DNA from: Cladosporium halotolerans
Taxonomy: Eukaryota
NCBI RefSeq assembly: GCF_011745625.1
Contig: NW_027191465.1
Location: 248,001-312,000 of the forward strand
Direction of reading: 5' to 3'
Length of the DNA: 64,000 nt
Shown here: positions 46,592-58,237 of the stretch, piece after piece
Layout of the letters: every line of letters starts with the position of its first letter
How positions within the stretch are numbered: the first letter of the stretch is position 1
Translations under genes and position numbers: made by a program
The notes under the pieces: generated by a model
Told to the model about the DNA's origin: nothing
Databases searched by the model: none
The model's input: the letters and a program-made list of their open reading frames with translations, nothing else

Positions 46592-48446
46592 TCAGCTCTT
46601 GCGCGGGGCGCGGGAGCCGGAGGACCTGGGTCGCGGTGTTAGCAGAGGTCTTTGACCAGAGAGAGAGAGTACCTTGAGACAGGACGGACGAGACAGCACT
46701 TACATCGAGATCCTCCTCGCCACGCCGGCGAGGTTAGTGTCCTGCTCCGCCTCCCTGCTGGCGCGCTTGAGCGCCTCCTCGCGCGCGTTGTCCGTGCTGC
46801 GGCGCACCTCCTCCTGGCTGGGCGGCAGGCGCTCGTTCTGCAAGTCGACCTTGCGCGCGTCCTCGAAGTTCGTGATGGCCTGCTTGATGCCCTCCGAACC
46901 CAGCATGAGGGTTCCCGCGGGCAGGCGGCCGCCGGAAGCGGTCTTGAGCTCGGTGACGCGCTCGCTCTCCTCGCGCAGGACCTGGAAGACGCGCGACAGG
47001 CGGCCGATGGCGAGGATCTTGTTCTTGATGGCGCGGCGCTTGAACTCGGTGCTGTCCGGGTCCATGCCGGCGGTGGAGGTGTTGATGCTCGCGGGCGGCG
47101 ACGAAGGCCCGGACGACAGCGGGGTCTCCTCCTCCAGCTCCTCCTTGCTGCACGTGTTAAGTATGGCAATGAGCATGTCGGTGATCTTCTCGCCGACGAA
47201 GGGCAGGGACCACGTGAAGACGTCCATGAAGTTGGGCAGCCAGTAGGGGTGCGGCGTGCAGTTGAACTGCCGGATGTTCATCACGTTGTTCTCGTACTTG
47301 AGCACCGCGGCCTTGTTGTTGTACACGTCCAGGTAGTTGGGCGCGGAGAAGATGGTCATGACGGATGGGAAGCCGGTCGTGCGTGTCTTGCGGTACATTC
47401 TGTAGCCCGCGTCTTGCGCCTCGTGGGCGCGGATGATCGAGAGGAGGTTGTTCTTCTCGAGGAAAGCGCAGGCTGCCGGGTAACTGAAGAAGTATGAACA
47501 TCCACGGACGTGGTTGTGAACGAAGTATTCCTGCGTCTTCTCCTGTCCAAACTCCTCCAGAGGATCTGCCCAGAGGATGTCGCACATGAGACCGTGGGTG
47601 GGAGGCTCCCTGAAGCGGTCGAGCGACTTGAGGTCTTCGAGAGTGTGCAGTTCGGGGCTCAAACCACCGTGGATGCAGAGGAACTGCTTGTTCATGATCG
47701 CCGCCAGCGGCAAACAGCAGAACGACTCAAGACAAGCCTCGTACACCCTCTCGCTGTATTTGTGCTTGCACTCCAGCTTGAATGTGAAGTAATCCGTCAA
47801 GTGTCTGCACTCGTGGTTGCCACGCAACAGCCAGAGCGTGTTCGGATACCAGATCTTAAGCGCCCAGAGGTAAAGCACGCACTCGATCGAGAAGTACCCA
47901 CGGTCGACGTAGTCACCCAGGAAGAGATATCTGGTCTCCGAAGGGTCACCGCCGACCTCGAAGAGCTTCATGAGATCGAAAAATTGTCCGTGAACATCAC
48001 CGCAGACTGTGATAGGTGCATCCATCTCCAGCAGGTTAGGCTCTTGTCGGAGCACCGCCGCGCCCGAGTTGATGATCCATAGTGCTTGCTCTTCCGTGAG
48101 ACGGCCTTCTCTGTACAAGTGCTGCTTGAGGAACTGAAGGTTGGGCTTCGATCGGTCGTGAGGCGAGGTGATCTGCTCTTCGGTCGGGGTGCTGAAGGCG
48201 GGCGCCTGGACGTCTGTCGCAAGTTGCGGTCAGCATTTTGCTCTGCCAGTATATTTGCGTCGCACGTCCGGTGCTGCTGATTGCGTGGCTTGTCATACCT
48301 TTGCATACTCGCTCTTGAGTGTTTACCTGCACGCCATCCTCCATCTCATGTATGGTGAAGTCGATCTCCGGGACCTGCTTCTTGTCTCGCACGGCGCGGA
48401 TGGCATTGTCGATGTACTGCTCCTGGTTGGAGCCGCCGGGGTCCAT
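46592..48446 (-). CDS. cnaA: Calcineurin catalytic subunit A (PP2B)
   Basis: Introns 48214..48298 and 46626..46703. GDVHG, GDYVDRG, RGNHE, SAPNYLD, CnB-binding helix ([12 protein letters not shown]), CaM-binding [15 protein letters not shown], autoinhibitory [16 protein letters not shown]. Confidence 0.97.
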
Positions 48447-49265
48447 GTTGGGCAGTCGGATAGTGGTATGAAGGTGTCCAACGAAAGTGTGTGTGAGAGT
48501 AGGGAGTGGTTTTTGAGGAACGGTGTGTATAGCTCGGGCGTGAAGATGAGGTTGGAGACGAGGGTCTCGTGCGCTGCGTTTCGGGAGCTGTGGCTTAGAT
48601 GGGGTCCGCCTCCTCTCTGTGGCGCGCTGACGATTGCCGCGATGAACGTTGTTTGTTTGCCAAGAAGCGCGATGTGGTGCTGTCAACTTGTGTTATTTGG
48701 GGCAATACGGGTTGGTCTGCACTGCCAGGTCTGTCTGCTTTTCGAAGCCTGGCACGGGCGGGGTTGTGTGATGATGGCAATTCAACGGTGTGGTTTCAGC
48801 TCAGGGCGCGGGATCCAGAACAGGAGCTCGCTGCTGCTCGCCACTCGCCGCCCCCTCAATCCTGGTCAATGCGGCTGAATCCACCTACGTAGTTGAGGCC
48901 TGAGGCATGCATTATTTGTGCCCAAACTCCCATGGCGCGTCAAGATCGAACAGTATCTAACTATCACGATGCCCCAGATAAATCATATGAGTATGAGTAT
49001 GTAAAATGAGAAACAACAGCCTAAGCGAGAGCCATATCCAATCAATTAATTATCCCACTGGAACATGAAAAGTGCGAGAAACAATGAGCTGAGTCAAAGC
49101 CATGTCCATTCATATCTTGCGTTGAATCCCAAAGGCGAAAGCAATGCTTTCAAAATGTGCGTTGCATATAGACAAATTCTATAGAAACCGATCCCACCCT
49201 TCCCTCCCAAAATGCATATCAAAACGCCAGCCCTCCTCTGTCGATCATCACACACGTTCGAGCAC

Positions 49266-50498
49266 TCAGTGCTTGCGGACGTGCGCGTTGAAGTGAGCGT
49301 GCCTCCTCGCGAAGCGGCTCTTGGAAGCGGCGCCAATCACGCCGTCAGCGCAGACGGTGCCAGCGGCGAGGTCCCTGGGGACCGCGCAGCTGTGGTCGCA
49401 GATGCCGAATTGGGAGTCGCCAATGCAGACGAGGGCGCCGTCCTCGGAGCAGGGCTCGCAGTCGCCGTTGGAGGTGGCGTTGCTGCTGGTGCCGCTGCTG
49501 GAGGAGCCAGAAGAGTAGCCGGTGGGAGCCGGGGCCGCGGCAGACGCCTCAGAAGAGGGCGCGGCGACGGCAGTTGCGAAGGTAGTGGCAGTCTCGCGGC
49601 CCTTCTGGTTCATGTAGCTCTGGACGCCAGACGAGACAGCCGGGGCGGTGTAAGCGGGGGCGCTGGAGGCAGAGGCGCTCGAAGCCTGAGCAGCCGGGGT
49701 CGAAGATGCAGCGCTGGCAGAGCCGTAGCTAGTGGGCTGCGGGGCAGAGCCACCGGAGCCACCACAGGCCTTCGGGGTGGCCTTGGGCCAGTTCTTGCCA
49801 GCGGTGGCGCTCATGGTAGTGACATACTGGCCTGGGCTCGGGAAGAGGACGTCAGTCGACTCCTCGGTCTCACATCCACCGGACTTGTCGCCGATGTTTG
49901 CGACGAAGAGCGGGGGGAAAGAACCCATCTCGTCACCAGTACCGCCAGTGATATCGACATTGACACAGTTCTGGTACATCTCCCGGTTGCCGATGGTGTT
50001 GAACCAAGTCCATGACAGGATGGCATTGCCGGACTTGATGCCCTTGGGCATGGGGACGTCCCAAGAGTGGACACACTCGGCCTCGCCGTCAGATGTGCAA
50101 GGCCTCGCGGTGTTGAGGTTCGCCGCAGCGTTGGCAGGGCAGCCACCTTCGATGCTGTAGATGACATTCCAGCTGCTGGGGTCGGCAGCCTTTGTGGAGT
50201 CAGTCTCATAGGTCACCGCAAGCTGGCAAGAACCACCACCATGAACGGCAGTGTTTCCACCGCTGCCAAGCTCAAGCTTGAGAGGGAAAGTCTCGCCAGC
50301 GGCGATCTTCTGGCCGCCGGAACTGGGAAGGGGAGCGCCGTGGCACGGGAAGTTGCTGCCGGACTTGTCGAGGGGATCCTTGGGCGAGTAGCCCTGGAGA
50401 GGCTTCGGCTCAGCAATGAACATGTGAGCGTTGGCCATACCGAAGATGGAGGCGGCCGCGACAGCCATACGGCCAACGGAAGTCATGGAGTTGACCAT
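49266..50498 (-). CDS. AA11 lytic polysaccharide monooxygenase with Ser/Ala linker and Cys-rich X278-like module
   Basis: Signal peptide ending ANA followed by His1 (HMFI), NFPC, HGGGSCQ, SIEGGCP, WTWFN..GNREMYQNC. C-terminal C...G...C....FGIC......LAAGTVC module. Confidence 0.9.
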   Translation of the reverse strand: MVNSMTSVGRMAVAAASIFGMANAHMFIAEPKPLQGYSPKDPLDKSGSNFPCHGAPLPSSGGQKIAAGETFPLKLELGSGGNTAVHGGGSCQLAVTYETDSTKAADPSSWNVIYSIEGGCPANAAANLNTARPCTSDGEAECVHSWDVPMPKGIKSGNAILSWTWFNTIGNREMYQNCVNVDITGGTGDEMGSFPPLFVANIGDKSGGCETEESTDVLFPSPGQYVTTMSATAGKNWPKATPKACGGSGGSAPQPTSYGSASAASSTPAAQASSASASSAPAYTAPAVSSGVQSYMNQKGRETATTFATAVAAPSSEASAAAPAPTGYSSGSSSSGTSSNATSNGDCEPCSEDGALVCIGDSQFGICDHSCAVPRDLAAGTVCADGVIGAASKSRFARRHAHFNAHVRKH

Positions 50499-51876
50499 TT
50501 TCGCAGTAAAGACTGAGTGCGAGGTTTTGAGTGTTTGGATGCTGGTAGTTGAGTGCTAGATCCGGCTAGCTTGAGGAAACAGTGCTGACTTCTTTCACTG
50601 TGGAGGAAGAAGCTAGAGTGTGGAGAGGTTTTGTAGAGTGATTCTGGTGGCGTCGAAACTGTTTCCAAATCTCAGACTGGCAGCGAAAGAATGTGTGACT
50701 CGTAGTGATCTCGCAGAGACAACTTCAAGAGAATGACTGGGCAGTGCACCGGGCACGCGATAGCGATAGACTCAAACGACGATAGAAGACCTGGCTTGAA
50801 GAAAGAAAGAGGAGGAGGTCAAAGGCGTGGCCCTCTCCTCTTATGTCTGTGAGACACGGGGGATCTGCACTCGTCCAGGTCAGACATGGTCCCCTGGCGT
50901 TTAAGCTTTCGCAGCATCTGCAAGGTGCATATGGCTGTACCGTGTCGCGGCCGTCTCCGGGCATGCGGGCCACAGGTCTAGTGGTACGGTGTCGTCAAGC
51001 TACTGTGGCGGTCCGGCCAACGGTGTTCACCATCTTCGCGCGCTATGAGAGTTGTGGAGTCCCGGGCAAGAAAGACTCGATGGTGCACTCAGCCGAAAAG
51101 CCGTGTCAAGCCAATCGCAGACCGCCAAGTTAGAGAACCACATGGCGCTGAGACAAGGATGCCATTGTTCCAAGGCGTGCCACGGGACGGGAGGGCAGAG
51201 ACTCCTGGACTGTGCATTTGCGACGTCCGAAAACTAGGTGAATAGTAGGCCTCTATGGATGCAGCCAGAGCGTGGCGAAACGGCCGGACCGAGGGAGCGA
51301 GCCGCGGAGGAAGGGCGCGCAAATGGGTACAGACGCAGGTACCCTATGGATGCACGGCGAAGGGCCGGTGCTGAGATCTAGTGAAGTCGCGACAGACCAA
51401 TGGTGAAGGGAAGAGTAGAATTGGACGTGTGCTCCACAGCGCGCCGACTGCGCGGGCGCAGCATGGTGCGACACGACCCCTGTTTCGGATGCTTGGCCCG
51501 CTCGAAGCCCGCCCCTCGCCACACACAAGCGGGCTTCAGCCGAAACAATTCCATCTGCGGTCTGGTGATGTGGATGCAAGTTCGCCAATCGACTCTGCAG
51601 AAAGAAAAAAAAATCCAGCACACCAGATGGTCTATGACTCTGTACCAAGCCGGCCTCGTTTCGGTGTAGCTGGAGGTACCAGAAGCCCAAAGAATTAGGC
51701 TCATGAGCGTACCTTGCGTGCTCTTGTCTGCATGATGGCGTTATCCTGCATTCAGCCTTACGCGCTTGTCGCTTGATTGGCTCACGTTACACGTGGATAG
51801 CCGCGGACAATCTTGTTCGCAAACCTTACAGCGGATGTGTGACCGTCAAGAAGCTTTGTGCTCGCGGTATGAGCCG

Positions 51877-52130
51877 TCACAAAGCTATTACAAAAGGTGA
51901 CTTCTCGATGCCAACATGGAGGTTGCCATCTGTTCCGACAAACTCGCGATGATATCCAAACTTCGTCTGGCGAGGGCAGGAAGGCTCGGCGTGATCCAGG
52001 CTTCTAGACAAAGCGTCTTCAGCAGCTGCTGTAATCGCGGCGGACAATACTGGATCCGAGGCGATGGTAATGGCCAAGCGTGATAGGAATCTTGCAGGCT
52101 GCCTACGCGGACACGTGGATAGCCGTACAC
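51877..52130 (-). pseudogene. Degenerate copy of the 3' end of the DUF3433 gene
   Basis: RQPARFLSRLAITIASD...KFGY..FVGTDGNLHVGIEKSPFVI* parallels RQPAKFLPRMPITIASD...KFGY.AFIGTDGESHVGIEKAPFVI of the upstream gene. Frameshift near 52105. Confidence 0.8.
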
Positions 52131-52196
52131 CAGTCTGCCACGCAAAACCTTGCGGCTGTACTCCACTACTGGCTGCAGCCTTCAACTCTCTGTGTA

Positions 52197-55100
52197 TCAA
52201 CGCGAAGGAATGACGAAGGGGGCTTTTTCAATGCCAACATGCGATTCTCCATCCGTGCCGATGAACGCGCCGTACCCAAATTTCATCTCCTCAAGCCCGA
52301 GCAACCGATCACGTGCTAGGGTAGGGTCGATTTCCGCGACAGCCTTGCTTGCAGCGAACAACGCAATATCTGAAGCAATGGTAATCGGCATGCGTGGCAG
52401 AAACTTCGCAGGCTGCCGAGCGTACACGACACAAGCGGTGGTGATGTAAAGAGCCAGGATAGTCACCGAGAGTATTACCATGCTCTTGGAGACCATGATG
52501 CGCTCTTCTGGCTTCAAGATCCTGCCAATGATAGTCGTGCTGTCCCCGCCTGCTGGTGTCATGATTTCGCCTTGATTTTGGCTGAGCCATATCGCAAAGA
52601 CTTTTCGGTAAGCCTTGGAAAAGAGAGCGGCCGCTGCATCGAAGTCTGGAGGGGGCAATGTAGGGTTCAAGAAGCCAGAGTAAGGATCCATGTTCATCAT
52701 CACATAGGAATCCCAGCTCGACGGGTAGCTGTCATTGTGCCAGGTGCCACCATAAGAGTACAGAAAATCGTACTTGCTGATTTCTCGATGCGACAAGGAC
52801 TGCAGAGCCTTTGCGATCAAAGGTTCCGCTCCATCAACCGAAGCATGTTCCGACATGGTGTCGTATTGGACGTCACTGACAGTTCCATCGCCAGTCACTG
52901 TGACGTTGGCTAGTCGACGAGTCAACGTTGGCTTGCAGATGAAAGAGGTTGCATCAGTCTCGGTTAAGGCGTAGCTATCGTTGCTGCACAGTTGGCCTGC
53001 GGTTTTTCTGCTCCATAAACCAAGAATGAGCTGTCGACATCCGTCGCTGGATTCCACGTCAGGGCCAGTGTCCGGACCGAGGGGTAAGATGACCTCTAGA
53101 GCCATGCTTTGCTTTGAACAAGGCATGGGGTCAATCGATTTGCCCACATTCATTTTCTCCGTTCTGCACATGATTGAGTCGGATTTCTGGGGTATCGCGA
53201 CCGTTATATTAGCATACATATAGTCCATCTCCTCAAGCGAAGGAACAGTCAGGTTCCAGGTGAAGCTTCCGGTCTGCGCAGACTGGCATTTCAGGTCCAG
53301 TCCAAATGAGGATGTCTCGACTTGGAATCGGTCTGAGCTCTCCACGTCTGTGGGTAAGGAAATGGGCAAGTAGAATGCCTCATCGTCGGTCCATGGTGGC
53401 ATCGGAGTAGCGGAAGTGAAGTTCGCCATTGCTGCATAGAATGCATTTGGACCAGACCTAGTGATATTTCCAGTCTCGGAGCGCAAGCTTGCCTCATATA
53501 TGGGCATCGCAAAAGCTGCATGAGAAATATCTGCGCTTCGCTCGTTGAACATACCGCTGAAGGCGACGGCGAGAACGTTTGCGAGTAAAGCGAGCACACA
53601 TACTGCTGCTAGCGTGAAATGACGTGCCTTCAGTGCTTTGAGCAAAGTCATCTGTGGCGGGAGTGAAGTGTAGTTCAGGCTGATTGATCGCTTTATCGAC
53701 GCTTTTCCTGAACGAAGACCTTCAAAGGGCTGCAAAGTGCAGACTATCCGGTTGAGAAGGATCCATATTGGTTCAATGACAGTGGCGATGATCGTGGGCA
53801 CGTAGTTCTCGACCATTTGTCGAACGAAGCGATTTTCTGATGGCAGCGCCAGCCCATGCTTTTTGCCAGCATGGTAAAGATACGCTACGGCGGCCAAAAT
53901 AGCGGCCATTGCGAGGACAAAACACGTTCCAGCAGTTCGAGATAGTTCGGCTGGATATTCCCTCTGAGTATCCTCGACTTTGTTATAAGCTTGGTCCGAT
54001 TCAATCGCATAGTCAGTGCTTTCAATCAATTTGAGCGTATGAAAGCCATTGGAAGATGCGGAGTCCAGCGCATAGGTACATTCAGCCGTCTCACGCTCGA
54101 GTCGTTTTGGACCGGATTGGTCATGTTCAGAGAATTGCTTCAGGATGGTGCCTTCGCAACTGATCAGAGCCATCAAAGCGATGACCGACTCAGGGTCGGT
54201 CTCCAACTTGAGCAAATTTCCCCAGTTCAAAGTCAAAAGAAGGATGGCCAGAATTGCAATGAGACCAAGTAGAGCCTCAACGACGTATGCAAACCCTGGG
54301 ACAATCCGGATAGCCTCAGTTTGGTAGTTCCTAGTCCCGTTGACGAGCATAGCATCATTGTAGTCGATCGAGAGCACATCGATCATGGCTCTGGCGAAAA
54401 GTAATCTATGGATGCTCTGAAACGATTCTGCGAGGGTCCCAGGGTCGAGGTATTCCTCAAGGGGTTTCTGAGAAGCGCCCAATGCCAGCCCGATAATCTT
54501 CGAAGATTTTTCGTATTCAGGCGTAAGTGTGAGCTCCGTCTCCGACAGTTGCCGGCCTTGCTCTGGCCATTCCGTAGATGGTATCGTGCTCCTGACCATG
54601 TTCTGCTGCGATGCCACGTTTACCTGCCACTCATGCAAGCTTGTGTTGAACATCCTCTGGGGCATTGGAGACTTGGGCCCTGCATCGCTGACATTTAATA
54701 TGCTTCCGTCCACTCGACGGACTGTTGCAGTGACATCCTGCTGGAAATAATAAGGCTGGCAAAAGAGTCTGGTCACAGGATTTGGCGGATCAACATCAGT
54801 CTGTCTGTTCTCAGTGAACGCGACCAGGAAGACATCCTTCACGTCCTCGGGACAGTAAGGACTGAGATAGAAGTCCGCCAGCCCATCATAGTTCTGAGTC
54901 CCAGCGTAAAAAGCCGAGAACCGTTTGACATCATAAGAGCGGCCTGGCTCGTGAACGATGTCCGTCCCATCTGGTCCGAACGGAAGGGGGACCAGGCATC
55001 CTTGGGAGCTTGCAAGGGTTTCGCCAGTACGATTTAAGACCGGGTCTTCGCACGTGATGTCCACGCTGAAAGATGTCGTCCTTGCGGTGAGCGTGTCTTC

Positions 55101-55832
55101 GGTTTGTAGCACTTCAACATCTTCGGGTTTGAATGACATGAGAGCAGCCTCACGCGTCATAAAGGACGGTAAACGCTCACCAAGCCATACAATATTCGAC
55201 GCAGAATAGGTGTAATTGGCAGTAACCTCAGCTGCTTGGTCGGCGATACTCAGATAGTTTTGGGCCAGTTGCATCGGCTCTGAGACAGACTTTGTGACGG
55301 TATCCGTTGCAAAGATTGCGCCTTGAAGCGGCGTGACCCCCCAGGCCACCAGTATCAATGCACACGACGAGGTGAAGACAGTCCAGTGCTTTCGTTTGAA
55401 AGAAGTGAAAGGAACGAAGCCAAGAAAGTCGTACGGGTAGTGTAAGAGCAATGAATCTCGACCAGTTGCTCCTCCCGGCTTGGACAGCTGCCTGTACGGC
55501 TCAATCCTTTTGGTGTCCAGATCAACCCAGGTCCAAGCAATACTATAGAGGACAGCAACGATGGTCGGTAGGTAACGGTGTAGGAAGGTGTCGAAAGCTC
55601 CAACCTCGCCGATGTCAGGAGCGAATAAAAGCCCATCGTTTTGCCGATCCTTAATCACAAGAACCTGGATCAAGGCAATCAACGCAAGAGTAATCGCGAT
55701 GATTGTGAGAAGGAATGGCCTTCGTAGTGTCATTGGCTTCCATTGTTGGCCTTTGATCTCTGGAACAGCTTCCACAGTTGCACTGGGCGCCTTCTTGCTG
55801 GCATCTCGGAAGAGGCTGTTGATGCGATTCAT
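52197..55832 (-). CDS. DUF3433-type large multi-pass membrane protein (two internal repeats)
   Basis: About 1210-aa intronless ORF. WKP.TLR; YLPTIVAV...DLDTKRIEPY.QLS...G.....SLLL.Y, repeated as YVPTIIA...LQPF..L.......SISLNY. The start may lie slightly further upstream. Confidence 0.85.
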   Translation of the reverse strand: MNRINSLFRDASKKAPSATVEAVPEIKGQQWKPMTLRRPFLLTIIAITLALIALIQVLVIKDRQNDGLLFAPDIGEVGAFDTFLHRYLPTIVAVLYSIAWTWVDLDTKRIEPYRQLSKPGGATGRDSLLLHYPYDFLGFVPFTSFKRKHWTVFTSSCALILVAWGVTPLQGAIFATDTVTKSVSEPMQLAQNYLSIADQAAEVTANYTYSASNIVWLGERLPSFMTREAALMSFKPEDVEVLQTEDTLTARTTSFSVDITCEDPVLNRTGETLASSQGCLVPLPFGPDGTDIVHEPGRSYDVKRFSAFYAGTQNYDGLADFYLSPYCPEDVKDVFLVAFTENRQTDVDPPNPVTRLFCQPYYFQQDVTATVRRVDGSILNVSDAGPKSPMPQRMFNTSLHEWQVNVASQQNMVRSTIPSTEWPEQGRQLSETELTLTPEYEKSSKIIGLALGASQKPLEEYLDPGTLAESFQSIHRLLFARAMIDVLSIDYNDAMLVNGTRNYQTEAIRIVPGFAYVVEALLGLIAILAILLLTLNWGNLLKLETDPESVIALMALISCEGTILKQFSEHDQSGPKRLERETAECTYALDSASSNGFHTLKLIESTDYAIESDQAYNKVEDTQREYPAELSRTAGTCFVLAMAAILAAVAYLYHAGKKHGLALPSENRFVRQMVENYVPTIIATVIEPIWILLNRIVCTLQPFEGLRSGKASIKRSISLNYTSLPPQMTLLKALKARHFTLAAVCVLALLANVLAVAFSGMFNERSADISHAAFAMPIYEASLRSETGNITRSGPNAFYAAMANFTSATPMPPWTDDEAFYLPISLPTDVESSDRFQVETSSFGLDLKCQSAQTGSFTWNLTVPSLEEMDYMYANITVAIPQKSDSIMCRTEKMNVGKSIDPMPCSKQSMALEVILPLGPDTGPDVESSDGCRQLILGLWSRKTAGQLCSNDSYALTETDATSFICKPTLTRRLANVTVTGDGTVSDVQYDTMSEHASVDGAEPLIAKALQSLSHREISKYDFLYSYGGTWHNDSYPSSWDSYVMMNMDPYSGFLNPTLPPPDFDAAAALFSKAYRKVFAIWLSQNQGEIMTPAGGDSTTIIGRILKPEERIMVSKSMVILSVTILALYITTACVVYARQPAKFLPRMPITIASDIALFAASKAVAEIDPTLARDRLLGLEEMKFGYGAFIGTDGESHVGIEKAPFVIPSR

Positions 55833-56593
55833 GGCTAGCGCCAGTGTTCTGCGATGTTTGAATGCACAGAGGATGCGTTCATGGGCAAACAGCAAAGGAA
55901 ATAGAGACGTGAAAACTGCAAATAGAGAAATGGAGAGAAGCTAATGTAGCAAGGTAACCCATGCTTGGTTGCCATGACTTACATATAGAGGCTGAACAGT
56001 TTGCGGCGCCGCATTGAGGCGTTAGCCGCCGAGTAGGCGCCAACAGGCGTTTGCATGTCGGAGGCCTCGCTAAGTCGGACTTGAGACGCCGGAAAATGCA
56101 TGCAGGATTGCGGCGCAACACACTAGGTAGCTGTTTGTCAAGAAGGATGAACGGCATGATTTCGGGTGTGAAGACAGTGCTGAGCCCTTATTCCAGGTTG
56201 TCATTGGCAAAGAGTTGCCGGTATGCGGCAAAGACAGCTCATCCGTTCGACTCCGTGGCAACAAAGTGCATAGCGGCATCTTTCTGGATCTGGTGGGACC
56301 AACACAATTGCACCGCTGTAATCCTGCGATGTTATCATATATGCACTTAGTACCTGGGGTCTAAAAGTGGGTGTGATGTTGAGATATCCATCGTCTCACC
56401 TACCTATCATCGCTGCAGATCACAGCAAGGCGCCCGGCGGCTGCCAAGCCGAGCGGCACGCTCCGAGCCCGCGTGCACAGGCCGTGCCCACATTCGCAGT
56501 GGGAGGAAAATGAGCGGACTTCGAACTTTCTGAAGCTGCGACGAGTCGACGTTTGCAGGCCATCCGCACCGCACTACTAACCACACAGACAAG

Positions 56594-57932
56594 ATGTCGC
56601 GTCCGACCGTCACGATCATTGGCGCCGATGGTGCTGCCAGCCAGAACACCCACCCCCTGCCCAATGTCTTCAAGGCGCCCATCCGCTCCGACATTGTCCA
56701 GTACGATCTCTCCGATACCGACGCACGAGGCGGAAATGAAAATTGGGATAGTGGCTAATATACGGACAGGGCTGTCCACACTGGCATGGCCAAGAACAAG
56801 CGTCAGCCGTACGCCGTGAGCGAGAAGGCTGGTCACCAGACCTCTGCTGAGTCCTGGGGTACCGGTACGTGAAATGGAATTCTCGGAAAGAGGAGGGCGC
56901 TGTGATGCAGCATTTGGCGTGGCAAATTGGAGCAACAATCGCAAGGACATGGCTAACGGACACCAGGTCGCGCTGTCGCCCGTATCCCCCGTGTCTCCGG
57001 TGGTGGTACTCACCGCGCTGGCCAGGCCGCCTTCGGTAACCAGTGCCGTTCCGGTCGCATGTTCGCGCCCACCAAGGTCTGGCGCAAGTGGCACCAGAAG
57101 ATCAACCTTGGCCAGAAGTACGCACAACCAAAGCCAGCAGATGAAGCGACAGGAATGCTGACAACAGAACAGGCGTTTCGCCACCGTTTCCGCCATCGCT
57201 GCTTCTTCCAGCGCTGCCCTTCTCCTCGCCCGTGGCCACCGTGTCGGTGCCATCCCCGAGGTCCCTCTCGTCGTCTCCAGCGCCGCCTTCGCCGACGGTG
57301 CCCTGAAGAAGACCTCCCAGGCCATCAACCTCCTCAACGCCGTCGGTGCCGCCGCCGAGGTCGAGAAGGTCAAGGACTCCCGCAAGCTCCGCGCTGGCAA
57401 GGGTAAGCTGAGGAACCGCCGCAACGTCCAGCGCCGCGGTCCTCTCGTCGTCTACGACCCGACCAAGGATGGCAAGGAGCTCGTCAAGGCTTTCCGCAAC
57501 ATCCCCGGTGTCGAGACCTGCGACGTCTACGCCCTCAACCTCCTCCAGCTCGCCCCTGGTGGTCACCTTGGCCGTTTCGTCATCTGGTCTTCCAACGCCT
57601 TCGCCGCCCTCGACTCCGTCTACGGCAGCACCACCGAGCCCTCTGAGCTCAAGCGCGACTTCCTCCTTCCCCAGAACAGCGTTGCCCAGCCCGACCTCAA
57701 CAAGCTCATCAACAGCTCTGAGGTCCAGAGCGTTCTCCGCCCGGTCCGTGGTGGCGCCATCACCAAGCGCTCCGTCGTCCAGAAGAAGAACCCTCTCCGC
57801 AACAAGCAGGTCATGCTCCGCCTCAACCCGTACGCTGCTGCCTACGCCAAGCAGGGTCTTGGTCACCAGAAGGCCGACGAGAAGGCCCTCACCAAGGACA
57901 AGACCTTCGAGGCTACTCTTCACGAGAACTAG
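56594..57932 (+). CDS. RPL4: 60S ribosomal protein L4 (uL4)
   Basis: Exons 56594-56700, 56770-56864, 56967-57117, 57173-57932. [40 protein letters not shown] and [10 protein letters not shown]; strong codon bias. Confidence 0.97.
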
Positions 57933-58237
57933 AGTGTGGTCTTGTTTCTTTTCGGATGGTTTCAAAGCGTAGTTCAACGGTAGTGGTCCTGGCAAGGATT
58001 ATGAAAATGCAAAATTTCTACACTACCATTCTTGTTCAACGTTTCGATCGTGAAGTTTTGTTTGTCAATGACACAATTTTTGCAAGACTATCTGCATATG
58101 TTAAGAAAAGACCTAGATACCGGAGGGCCCCACTCAGGTCATTCTCAAATGATTGAGTACCTACGGTCTTTGACGCTAATTCCTCAGTCCCCCCATACTA
58201 CTCACGTGCTCTTGCCTAGGTCCTTCTCCGAAACTTT

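Noticed and set aside
56865..56966. Intronic C/D snoRNA in RPL4 intron 2
   Set aside because: Only an imperfect C-box (TGATGC), with no terminal CTGA D-box or closing stem.
57102..57995. 297-aa minus-strand ORF
   Set aside because: Antisense shadow of RPL4.
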